Shown piece by piece: positions 9,737-17,445 of a DNA stretch of 64,000 nt; position 1 is the stretch's first letter, and each line of letters starts with the position of its first letter. The translations under genes and the position numbers were made by a program. Source of the stretch: Candidatus Woesearchaeota archaeon (lineage in GTDB: Archaea > Nanobdellota > Nanobdellia > Woesearchaeales > UBA10216); NCBI GenBank assembly GCA_016180065.1, contig JACPBY010000013.1:2746-66745 (forward strand). The letters are read 5' to 3'. A model generated the notes under the pieces. That model made no database searches. It had not been told where the DNA came from and saw nothing but the letters and a program-made list of their open reading frames with translations.

Positions 9737-10148
9737 CGTCTTAATATTCGCTGGCACTGCAGACAACCGTCTTGGAGATGATTCGCGAAGGCTCATAAAG
9801 AGCATAATACAAGGAAACGTGAGAGGAATAACGGCTTCTCTGACCTTTGACGAAGTATTCTACCAAATTAGCAAGAGCAAAAAACGTGCCACAGCTATTA
9901 CGTATTGTGAAAACTTCTTGGCACTGCCAAACTTGGAGTTCCTAAGCGTTAACATGGCAACTATTGAAGAAGCCCTCGAACTTCTTAAGAAGCATAACCT
10001 GGAGCCGAGAGACGCAATTCATGCCGCCATAGCGTTTAGCCGCAATGCTGACTGGTTTGTAACAGAAGATGCAGCCTTCTCAAAGGTTGCAGGGCTCAAG
10101 GCAGTTAGTATTGAAAAAGCTTTGAAGGAAATTGAAGAGAGAATTTGA
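9705..10148 (+). CDS. vapC: PIN-domain toxin (VapC)
   Basis: Acidic PIN quartet context present: YIDSNVLIF, FDEVFYQ, PRDAIHAAIA, FVTEDAAF. Confidence 0.85.
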   Translation: MKGMLAYIDSNVLIFAGTADNRLGDDSRRLIKSIIQGNVRGITASLTFDEVFYQISKSKKRATAITYCENFLALPNLEFLSVNMATIEEALELLKKHNLEPRDAIHAAIAFSRNADWFVTEDAAFSKVAGLKAVSIEKALKEIEERI

Positions 10149-10166
10149 AAAACCGCCATACCTTAA

Positions 10167-10361
10167 ATGGGACAGCAGGAAGTAAGCGACTTTTTGAAAA
10201 AATACAGGACAAAGTGGTTCACCTCAAAGGAGATTGCCAAAAGCCTGAAAGTATCCACCGGCTCTGTCATAAACAACCTGTCAAAGCTCAGGAAGAGCAA
10301 GCAGGTGCTTTTCAAGAAGGCAGGCAGGGCAAACCAGTACATTTACAAATACAAGCCATGA
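10167..10361 (+). CDS. small winged-helix DNA-binding protein
   Basis: 64 aa. FTSKEIAKSLKVSTGSVINNLSKLRKSKQV looks like an HTH followed by a wing. Confidence 0.6.
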   Translation: MGQQEVSDFLKKYRTKWFTSKEIAKSLKVSTGSVINNLSKLRKSKQVLFKKAGRANQYIYKYKP

Positions 10362-10400
10362 ACAAGCCTTGGCATTCCCTTCAAAAACGCTGATGCCAGC

Positions 10401-10664
10401 ATGATGATAGTGAAGCTCAAGGCGCCGGGCATCGTTGCCATGATTCTCTTCATACCGCTTATCATGGCTTTAGGGCTGATTCTCGCATTTATCGTGCCCC
10501 TGCTCGCATTGGTGACAGCGCTGTCCGCAACCCTGTTTTTGGGCATGTTCATCCTTGCAAAGATTGGGTGTGTAAAGCAAAGAGTTGAGATTGGCAGCAG
10601 CGATGAAAAACAGCCTTCTAAACTGCAGAAGAAACGCACAGTTGAAGTCAAGGACTACACTTAG
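10401..10664 (+). CDS. small membrane protein
   Basis: 87 aa with two long hydrophobic helices and a basic tail. Confidence 0.5.
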   Translation: MMIVKLKAPGIVAMILFIPLIMALGLILAFIVPLLALVTALSATLFLGMFILAKIGCVKQRVEIGSSDEKQPSKLQKKRTVEVKDYT

Positions 10665-10691
10665 TATAGGACAAAAATAACGCATATTTTA

Positions 10692-11680
10692 TATAGTTGT
10701 TATGTTCTGTTGCTTGTATGATAAACCTACAAACACGCGAGCTTGTTCTTAAATGGGACAAGGAAGGGAAGAAACAAGAACAAATCGCAGCACTTGTTGG
10801 CTGCGATCAGTCGTCGATAAGTCGATTGATTAGGAAATACAAGAAGACGGGTAGCGTCAAAAATCTGCCTCGCAGCGGCAGACCAACGCCGTTGACTAAA
10901 AAAACTCTTGCCAAACTTAAGACTGAATTGACAACAAAAGTTAAAGCTGCAAATGAGCATTATTGTTCAATCGATACCAAGCATTTTTCAGATTTAATTG
11001 GAGAAAAAGTTAAGAGAAAATACTCCACTAGACATGTCCGGAGGCTGCTGCACAAGCTCGATTTCTCAAGAATAACGCCAAGGTCGAAACACATAAAGAA
11101 CGACCCTGAAAAGGTGCAGTTATTCAGGGAGGATTTTAAAAAAAACTTGAAACGCAGTACATGGGTGTTGAAGTTGTAGCGTTGGATGAAGCAAGCTTTC
11201 ACCTTGAAACAACTTACAAGAAGATATGGTTTCCTCGAGGAGAAACCCCGCAAGGAGCATTCTTTTGGAGTGCTAAAAAACTGACCACATTTGGTGCATT
11301 AACCAGCAGCCACAGATTTTACTACGACTTTTACGATGCACAAAACAGCATGACCTTCAAGCATTTTCTCTGGACTTTATTCAGCAAATTGGGTAAGAAA
11401 AAGAAGTATTTGTTGCTGCTTGATAACGTCGGGTATCATAAAACCTCGTGCATAAAAAACTTCATCCAAGAGCACCCCAACATCAGCGTCGAGTACATTC
11501 CACCCTACTCACCTGAGCTGAATCCCATAGAAACTTGCTGGAAAGTTACCAAAGGTAGTGTAACAAAATCTCAGTATTTTGAAAATATTGATGCTATGCA
11601 AGAGGCATTGGAAACGTTCTGGGCAGACCATAAATTCATGCAAGATTTTATGCATTACTTATGTCCCTAACTAACTGTAA
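10692..11680 (+). mobile_element. IS630-family insertion sequence (boundaries approximate)
   Basis: Carries an IS630/Tc1-type transposase. Weak terminal inverted repeats TATAGTTGTTATG (10692) and CCTAACTAACTGTA (11666-11679), both next to TA dinucleotides. Confidence 0.65.
10718..11670 (+). CDS. IS630-family DDE transposase, two frames joined at an A8 slippery run
   Basis: ORF1 holds the HTH region (QIAALVGCDQSSISRLIRKY, GRPTPL). ORF2 holds the DDE_3 region (ALDEASF, LLDNVGYH, ELNPIE). ORF2 is in the -1 frame, and the overlap contains A8 at 11138-11145. A -1 slip gives ...EDFKKKLETQYMGVEVVALDE. Confidence 0.8.
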
Positions 11681-11717
11681 GATAAATTTATTAATAGCCG
11701 TTAAGCTCTTCTTTATC

Positions 11718-12767
11718 ATGAATTTTGAAAATAGCAAGTATGTGAATAGCGTTGAAAAAACGCTCCACACTTTTCTTCCTGGCAAGATTACGACAGATTG
11801 GGTAGAGAAAGCAATTGGGAAGGCAAAGTGGGAGCAGGATACTGAAGCGCTAACAAAAGCTGTCAGTGAACCTGTATGGGATTTCCTGGACAGGGGAGGC
11901 AAGCGGTGGAGACCCGTCTTGATGATGGTCTGCTGCGAGGCAGTTGGCGGAAACACAAGCAAAATCTTGCCATTTACAGTCATCCCTGAACTCATCCACA
12001 ACGGCACATTAATCATTGATGACATCGAGGACAATTCTGAGCTGCGAAGGGGCAAGCCGGTGCTGCACAAGCGGTTTGGCGTTGATATTGCTGTAAACGC
12101 AGGGAACGCAATCTACTTCCTCCCTTATGTTGCAATCCAGAACTCAGACCTGCCGGATGAGACTAAAAGGAAGGCGTACGAAATAATCAGCACCCAGCTG
12201 CTCAAGTGCCACTTTGGCCAGGCAATTGACATATGGTGGCACAGTGGAAAGTCGGGGAAAATCCCGACTCTAGAAGAATATCTGCAGATGTGCGCTGACA
12301 AGAGCGGCTCACTGGCGTGCATGGCAGCAAAGCTTGGAGCATTGCTTGGAGGAGGGACTGATGAGCAGGTCCAGGCCTTGGGTAACTTTGCTGAAGCAGG
12401 AGGGGTTGTTTTCCAGATACAGGATGATATCCTCAACCTTGCAGAAAACCAGAGCATAGGAAAAGAAATTGGGGATGACATTAACGAGGGGAAACGCACA
12501 CTGCTTGTGATTCACACGCTTAATGTTGCCTCAGAAGCTGAAAAGAAACGGCTGTTAGAGTTACTCGACATGCACACCAAGGATGAAAAACTGCTAAAGG
12601 AGGCAATCAATATCATAAAAAAGCACGGTTCAATCGAATATGCAAAGAAGACTGCCATCGGGCTTGCTGAAGATGCACTGAAAACGATTGATGAAGTACT
12701 CCTAGAGTCTGAGGCAAAAAAAGAACTTCGCGCGCTGGTAAAGCTGGTCCTGAATCAGATTGTATGA
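11718..12767 (+). CDS. idsA: geranylgeranyl diphosphate synthase (trans-polyprenyl synthetase)
   Basis: First Asp-rich motif IIDDIEDNSELRRGKP and second motif FQIQDDILN. The start is placed at ATG 11718 because the upstream extension lies inside the IS end. Confidence 0.9.
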   Translation: MNFENSKYVNSVEKTLHTFLPGKITTDWVEKAIGKAKWEQDTEALTKAVSEPVWDFLDRGGKRWRPVLMMVCCEAVGGNTSKILPFTVIPELIHNGTLIIDDIEDNSELRRGKPVLHKRFGVDIAVNAGNAIYFLPYVAIQNSDLPDETKRKAYEIISTQLLKCHFGQAIDIWWHSGKSGKIPTLEEYLQMCADKSGSLACMAAKLGALLGGGTDEQVQALGNFAEAGGVVFQIQDDILNLAENQSIGKEIGDDINEGKRTLLVIHTLNVASEAEKKRLLELLDMHTKDEKLLKEAINIIKKHGSIEYAKKTAIGLAEDALKTIDEVLLESEAKKELRALVKLVLNQIV

Positions 12768-12896
12768 TTGTTGACAAGTCGCAGGGTCAAATATCCCGCA
12801 CTTCAGTGCGATTTGTCAATCCCAAACACACGTCGCCTTGCGGCGACGGTGCCCCGCCGTGCATTGCCTCGACGTGGGACTTGCAGGCAGGTTTTG

Positions 12897-13649
12897 TTAT
12901 CTTCCAAACCGTCTGTGCCTCTGCCTGAACTCCTCAATAACCTGCACCAGGTCCTGCTTTTTAAACTCAGGCCAGAACTTCTCAAGGAAGAAAAGCTCGG
13001 CGTATGAGCTTTGGTAAAGCAGGAAGCCGCTCAGCCGCTTTTCCCCGCCTGTCCGGATTATGAGGTCGGGGTCTTCTGGCATGTAAAGGTAGCGCTTGAA
13101 CGTTTCGTCATTGACTTCATCAGCTGAAATCTTGCCGCCTGCAACGTCAGCAGCCATCTTTCTTGCAGCGTCAACTATCTCCTGCCTCCCGCCGTAAGCC
13201 ATGCAGAAGTTCACAATCAGCCCTTTGTTGCCTGCGGTTTTTTCCATCAGTTCAAGCATGAGCTTCCTTACTTCTTCAGGGAACATTCCCAGCCTGCCAA
13301 GAAACCTTACTTTGATGCCAAGCTTGCTGCCCTTTTCCTGCAGTTTTTCATCATTTCTCAACTGTTTGCAGCCTTCCCTGAACAGCTTCATGATGTAGTC
13401 AAACTCCTCCTTTGGCCTGTTAAAGTTGTCAACAGAAAAGGCGTATAGCGTTACTTCTTCCACGCCAAGCTCAGCAGCCCAGTCCAGAAGCTTCTCAACC
13501 TTCTCCTTCCCCCACTGGTGCCCCATCCAGGGCTTTAGCATCAGCTTTTTGGCAAACCTGCGGTTGCCGTCAAGGATTATTGCGATGTGCTTAGGATTGG
13601 GGTTCATATCTTTTGCTGCTGCCGCTTGCGCGGCTTTTCGGTTTGGCAT
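12897..13649 (-). CDS. uppS: cis-prenyltransferase (undecaprenyl/di-trans,poly-cis-polyprenyl diphosphate synthase)
   Basis: HIAIILDGNRRFAKK, TLYAFSVDNFNRP, RTGGEKRLSGFLLYQSSYAELFF and QRHRRFG motifs. Confidence 0.93.
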   Translation of the reverse strand: MPNRKAAQAAAAKDMNPNPKHIAIILDGNRRFAKKLMLKPWMGHQWGKEKVEKLLDWAAELGVEEVTLYAFSVDNFNRPKEEFDYIMKLFREGCKQLRNDEKLQEKGSKLGIKVRFLGRLGMFPEEVRKLMLELMEKTAGNKGLIVNFCMAYGGRQEIVDAARKMAADVAGGKISADEVNDETFKRYLYMPEDPDLIIRTGGEKRLSGFLLYQSSYAELFFLEKFWPEFKKQDLVQVIEEFRQRHRRFGR

Positions 13650-13762
13650 TTGTTTCCTTACCTGCTCTTCTGGGGAGGTTTATAAATATTTTTGTCCACG
13701 CACAACACACAGCAGCAAGATTTAAATAATGCAGCCTGAGCAGAGGGCATGGTGAAAAAAGA

Positions 13763-14443
13763 ATGGTGAAAATAGCTCCATCAATACTTTCTGCTGACTT
13801 CGGCAGGCTTGCTGACGAGATAAGGAAGGTTGAGAAGTACGTTGACATGATGCACATCGACGTCATGGACGGGCATTTCGTGCCGAACATAACATTTGGC
13901 CCGCCGGTTGTGAGAAGCATAAGGGTCGTTACAAAGCTGCCATTCGACGTGCACCTGATGGTAGAGCAGCCGGACAACTACATTGACCAGTTCATAGACG
14001 CAGGCGCAAACATCCTTACAGTGCATGCAGAGACAGCAGTGCACCTTAACAGGACAATAAGCAGCATAAGGAAAAAAGGTGCGAAGGCTGCAGTCGCGCT
14101 TAACCCATCCACGCCGCTAACCGCCCTGGACCACGTGCTTCAGGATGTTGGCATGGTCCTTATCATGACAGTCAACCCAGGCTTTGGCGGGCAGTCATTT
14201 ATAAAAAGTATGCTTCCAAAAATCAAGAAGCTCAGGGAAACCATTGACCGGGAAAAGCTGGAAGTTGAGATAGAGGTTGACGGCGGCATAAACTCTGATA
14301 CAGCGCGGCAGGCGGTTGCAGCAGGCGCAGACATAGTGGTTGCAGGCTCATACATTTACGAAAGCGCAGACATGGCTGCGGCAATCAGCAGCCTAAGAGG
14401 CACAACAAGAGAATCTACACCAAGTGCGAAGAAAAAAAATTAA
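13763..14443 (+). CDS. rpe: ribulose-phosphate 3-epimerase
   Basis: IAPSILSADFGRLADE, HIDVMDGHFVPNITFG, MTVNPGFGGQSF and VDGGIN motifs. Confidence 0.95.
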   Translation: MVKIAPSILSADFGRLADEIRKVEKYVDMMHIDVMDGHFVPNITFGPPVVRSIRVVTKLPFDVHLMVEQPDNYIDQFIDAGANILTVHAETAVHLNRTISSIRKKGAKAAVALNPSTPLTALDHVLQDVGMVLIMTVNPGFGGQSFIKSMLPKIKKLRETIDREKLEVEIEVDGGINSDTARQAVAAGADIVVAGSYIYESADMAAAISSLRGTTRESTPSAKKKN

Positions 14444-14462
14444 AAGAAAAAAGAAGGAAGGC

Positions 14463-14693
14463 TTATCTTCCTCTTGCCATCTTGGCCCTGGAGATGTCGC
14501 CCTGCTTGTCGATGAAGTAGAGGTATCCTTTCTCCTTCTTTGCGCCAACCTTGGCAACAACCTCCTGCTTCTGGGCTCCTTTCTTTTTTCCGCCCCGGAC
14601 CATCTTTGCCCTGGCAACGTTGCCCCTCTTGTCAACAAAATAGAGGTATCCGTCCTGCTTCTTTACGCCGACTTTCGCAACTTTCTGCGCCAT
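14463..14693 (-). CDS. small highly basic protein with two 41-aa internal repeats
   Basis: 76 aa. VAKVGVKKQDGYLYFVDKRGNVARAKM is repeated as VAKVGAKKEKGYLYFIDKQGDISRAKM. The DNA repeat units are about 14478-14558 and 14601-14681. Confidence 0.6.
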   Translation of the reverse strand: MAQKVAKVGVKKQDGYLYFVDKRGNVARAKMVRGGKKKGAQKQEVVAKVGAKKEKGYLYFIDKQGDISRAKMARGR

Positions 14694-14838
14694 TCATTAC
14701 ACCCCCGTTTTTTGGTTCAACTGTTTTTTGCGTTTCGCGTTTAGCGCGAATCCCCCGCTCTCCTTTTTTATCGAGGAGAAACTGTTGTTTTGCGCATACT
14801 TCTATTTAAACTTTGCTATTTTTGCGACGGAAGAGCAG

Positions 14839-15318
14839 TCACTTCCTTGTGAAAAGCTCGTCAGCAGCGGCAAGGTATTCCTTCACGCGCTGGATGACGC
14901 TTTGGAAAAGAAATTTCTCAATTTTCTCCGCGAATATTTCAGAGGCGCTGAGAAACTCGCTAATCCTGTAGCGGCTTTTCACCTTCTCGACAAGCATGAT
15001 ATTCCTGAGCCGCTTTATCTGGCGCCTTATATTGGACTGGGCTATTCCCTGAAGCTGGAGCTTATGGAGCTTCCTGTTGATAATGACCTTTTTTTCTATC
15101 TCCTCAACGCTCAGGAGCTGCTTTCTTTTCCCGCTCTTGAAAAGAATGTGCAGGACATCAACAACAACATCCCTCGAGTCGCCAGGCTGCAGCAGGCCCA
15201 GGCTAAGGCACAGCCTCTTAACCATCTCGCGTTCCTTCCTTGTCTGGGGCTTCTCATATTTCCTCAGCGTAAGCTCAAACAGCGGAGTATCGCTTGAAAC
15301 CTTTTTTCCAGCTTTCAT
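14839..15318 (-). CDS. putative winged-helix transcription regulator
   Basis: 159 aa. The central segment RDVVVDVLHILFKSGKRKQLLSVEEIEKKV...IRRQIKRLRNIMLVEK resembles a wHTH. No firm family call. Confidence 0.55.
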   Translation of the reverse strand: MKAGKKVSSDTPLFELTLRKYEKPQTRKEREMVKRLCLSLGLLQPGDSRDVVVDVLHILFKSGKRKQLLSVEEIEKKVIINRKLHKLQLQGIAQSNIRRQIKRLRNIMLVEKVKSRYRISEFLSASEIFAEKIEKFLFQSVIQRVKEYLAAADELFTRK

Positions 15319-15409
15319 GTGGCAGTCAGCCCGTGCACACCCAACAACATTTACTAAAACTTTTAAGAAATAAGTATATATAGTTTTCTATCGCCTTTTT
15401 TCTTTTTCT

Positions 15410-15595
15410 ATAATCTGATTTTCCACCAATCTCTGATTGGTGGTGTTTGTTTGTGGAAAATCAGGGTCTGAGCAAAACCACCCGAGCCCGAAGGGGCGAG
15501 CATGCAAATCGGCAGCAGCCGCAATTCAGCAGAGGCTGAATGCGCAATCGGGCGCATCCCGATTTGCGATTGACGAATTAAACAATTATTTTTTT
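15410..15595 (+). ncRNA. candidate structured ncRNA of unknown class
   Basis: A GC-rich island in an AT-rich spacer. TATATATA at 15375-15382 lies about 25-30 nt upstream, and a T7 run at 15589-15595 follows. Hairpins: CUGAUUUUCCAC/GUGGAAAAUCAG with a competing CCACCAAUC-UCU-GAUUGGUGG, GCCC-GAAG-GGGC, GCAAUUCAGC-AGAG-GCUGAAUGC, and GCGCAAUCGGG-CGCAU-CCCGAUUUGCG. Confidence 0.35.
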
Positions 15596-15954
15596 GAAGG
15601 CAAATGAAGGGAACTGGAAAAAGCATTTGGAGCACCAAAATAATTTTATTGCATCAGCATTTTGCGGTGAAACATGAAAAGGATGCATTAAAGAAACTTT
15701 TTATCAAAACCTTTTGCCGAAAATTTTTCTGGAAATCCGGAAAATCGTTAAGTTTAAATATAAGCGTTCATAATATTGGTTCTTATAAAAAAGTGTGTGC
15801 AAAAGATTGGTTTAGATGAACACGAATAACCCAGTGAGTGATGCAGATTTGTATGGAACTTTCTGTATTCTTCCGCAAAGAAATACTGCAAAGGCTATCC
15901 TCCCTCTTCATTCTCAGGATTTTTCCCAAAAAAGCGAGGTGAGCAACCAGTAAA

Positions 15955-16389
15955 ATGTTTGGGCCACACTTAACACTTGACCTGTACGGGTGCGACAAGA
16001 AAAAGCTTGACGACTATGATTTCATCATGGGCATGCTGAACGAGATGCCTGAAATGCTGGGGATGCACAAGTTCTCAACCCCGCAGCTTACAAAGATACC
16101 AATCCAGCCGAACTCGTTTGACAAGGGAGGGCTGACAGGCTTTGTCATACTCATTGAAAGCCACATTGCAATACACACCTTCCCCTCTGACGGATATGCA
16201 TCCTTTGACATCTTCTCCTGTAAATATTTCAGCGACGAGAAGGCAATCGCATACCTTACCGGCATGCTTGAAGCTGAAAGAGTGGAGAAGAACATGATTG
16301 AGCGGGGAAGGGACTTTGTCAAGCACTACCCCAGAAACGTGCAGAAGGCAGCGACCATAGTAAAGAAGGAAAGGGCGCTGCTGCAGTAG
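15955..16389 (+). CDS. speH: pyruvoyl-dependent decarboxylase of the AdoMetDC (SpeH/SpeD class 1b) fold
   Basis: 144 aa. FGPHLTLDLYGC and the self-cleavage context VILIESHIAIHTFP match small archaeal/bacterial S-adenosylmethionine decarboxylase proenzymes. Confidence 0.85.
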   Translation: MFGPHLTLDLYGCDKKKLDDYDFIMGMLNEMPEMLGMHKFSTPQLTKIPIQPNSFDKGGLTGFVILIESHIAIHTFPSDGYASFDIFSCKYFSDEKAIAYLTGMLEAERVEKNMIERGRDFVKHYPRNVQKAATIVKKERALLQ

Positions 16390-16391
16390 TT

Positions 16392-16500
16392 TTCTTCAAT
16401 GGGTGTTTACCCCGCCTCTCTGGGGTGATATGATTTCCCATTGAAGAACCAACAATCCAACGACTTACATACCCCACAGCTTGCCGTGGTTGGGTTGTTG
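16392..16500 (+). promoter_or_regulatory. twin long hairpins in the speH-speB spacer
   Basis: Hairpin 1 pairs UUCUUCAAUGGG (16392-16403) with CCCAUUGAAGAA (16437-16448), 12/12 bp, and has an inner CCCC...GGGG. Hairpin 2 pairs CAACAAUCCAAC (16450-16461) with GUUGGGUUGUUG (16489-16500), 12 bp including one G-U that pairs only on the plus strand. Confidence 0.4.
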
Positions 16501-16554
16501 ATTTCAGCAATATTTTAATACCAGTATCTGCTTCTTTCCGCCAGGCTGATTGTC

Positions 16555-17445
16555 ATGGCACCCAAGAACCCGCACTTTTACGTTCCATTTAATTTCGGAG
16601 CAATACCGCACGAGCTTGCAGACTACGGCAAGGCAAAGGTGGTAATACTGCCTGTGCCTTACGACGCAACCACTACTTTCCAGCCAGGAACCAGGAATGG
16701 TCCAAGGGCGATAATTGAAGCTTCAAGGTGCCTTGAGTTCTATGATGAGGAAACAGGGAAGAACTTTTCTGAATTGGGAATCTGCACGCTTGACGAGCTG
16801 GAAACTGTTGACGACGCCCGGAAGATGGCGGACAGGATATATGAGGCGGCCAAAACGCTGTTAAGCGACGGCAAAACAGTTGTAATGCTGGGCGGGGAGC
16901 ACTCCATCAGCAGCGGCTCGGTAAAGGCGCATATGGAAAAATATCCGGACTTGTCGGTGCTGCACATAGATGCGCATGCTGACCTGAGGGATGAGCTTTC
17001 CGGGAACCGCTATAATCATGGCTGCGTGGCCAGGCGCATCTCTGAGATGTGCCCTGTCGTTTCAGTCGGGGTAAGAAGCATTGCAGAGGAGGAGGCCAGG
17101 CACATCAGCAGCAGCAAAGGCAGGATAAAAGTGTTTTTCGCAAAAGACATCCAGAACGGCAGCAAATGGATGGATGATGCTGTAACCAGCCTTGGCAAGA
17201 ATGTTTATGTCACGCTTGACCTTGACGCCTTTGACACTTCAATCATGCCTGCTGTCGGCACTCCGCAGCCAGGGGGCATGCAGTGGTACCAGATGCTTGA
17301 ATTCATGAGAAAAATCGCTGCCGTAAAAAATGTTGTAGGTTTTGACGTCACAGAGCTTATGCCCATACAGGGAAACCATGCCCCTGACGTGCTGGCAGCA
17401 AAGGTCGTTTGCAAGATGATCAGCTACTTCTTCTCCAGGCAGTAG
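16555..17445 (+). CDS. speB: agmatinase (arginase/ureohydrolase family)
   Basis: Metal-ligand motifs GGEHSIS, HIDAHADL and TLDLDAFD. The length and N-terminus are typical of archaeal agmatinases. Confidence 0.92.
   Translation: MAPKNPHFYVPFNFGAIPHELADYGKAKVVILPVPYDATTTFQPGTRNGPRAIIEASRCLEFYDEETGKNFSELGICTLDELETVDDARKMADRIYEAAKTLLSDGKTVVMLGGEHSISSGSVKAHMEKYPDLSVLHIDAHADLRDELSGNRYNHGCVARRISEMCPVVSVGVRSIAEEEARHISSSKGRIKVFFAKDIQNGSKWMDDAVTSLGKNVYVTLDLDAFDTSIMPAVGTPQPGGMQWYQMLEFMRKIAAVKNVVGFDVTELMPIQGNHAPDVLAAKVVCKMISYFFSRQ

Noticed and set aside
12768-12896. A GC-rich, hairpin-rich 130-nt spacer between convergent idsA and uppS (TTGACAA...TTGTCAA, GCAC-UUCA-GUGC, CGUCGCC-UUGC-GGCGACG) with a T-arm-like hairpin.
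   Set aside because: It cannot be folded into a tRNA or tRNA half: there is no anticodon arm and the loops are wrong. No C/D or H/ACA boxes are present, nor any promoter-like element. The most economical reading is bidirectional 3'-end or terminator structure.
15481-15510. An SRP RNA helix-8-like motif (GAGCCC-GAAG-GGGC-GAGCA) inside the candidate ncRNA.
   Set aside because: The GNAR tetraloop followed by AGCA is reminiscent of SRP helix 8. However, the 5' side lacks the conserved AGG of the symmetric loop, the flanking strands cannot pair as helix 8 or helix 5, no Alu-domain or helix-6 features are present, and the RNA is too short.
15408-15638. A 76-aa minus-strand ORF overlapping the candidate ncRNA.
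   Set aside because: It has no plausible start context, and its composition is odd. The region's signal is nested inverted repeats bounded by a TATA box and a T-run on the other strand.
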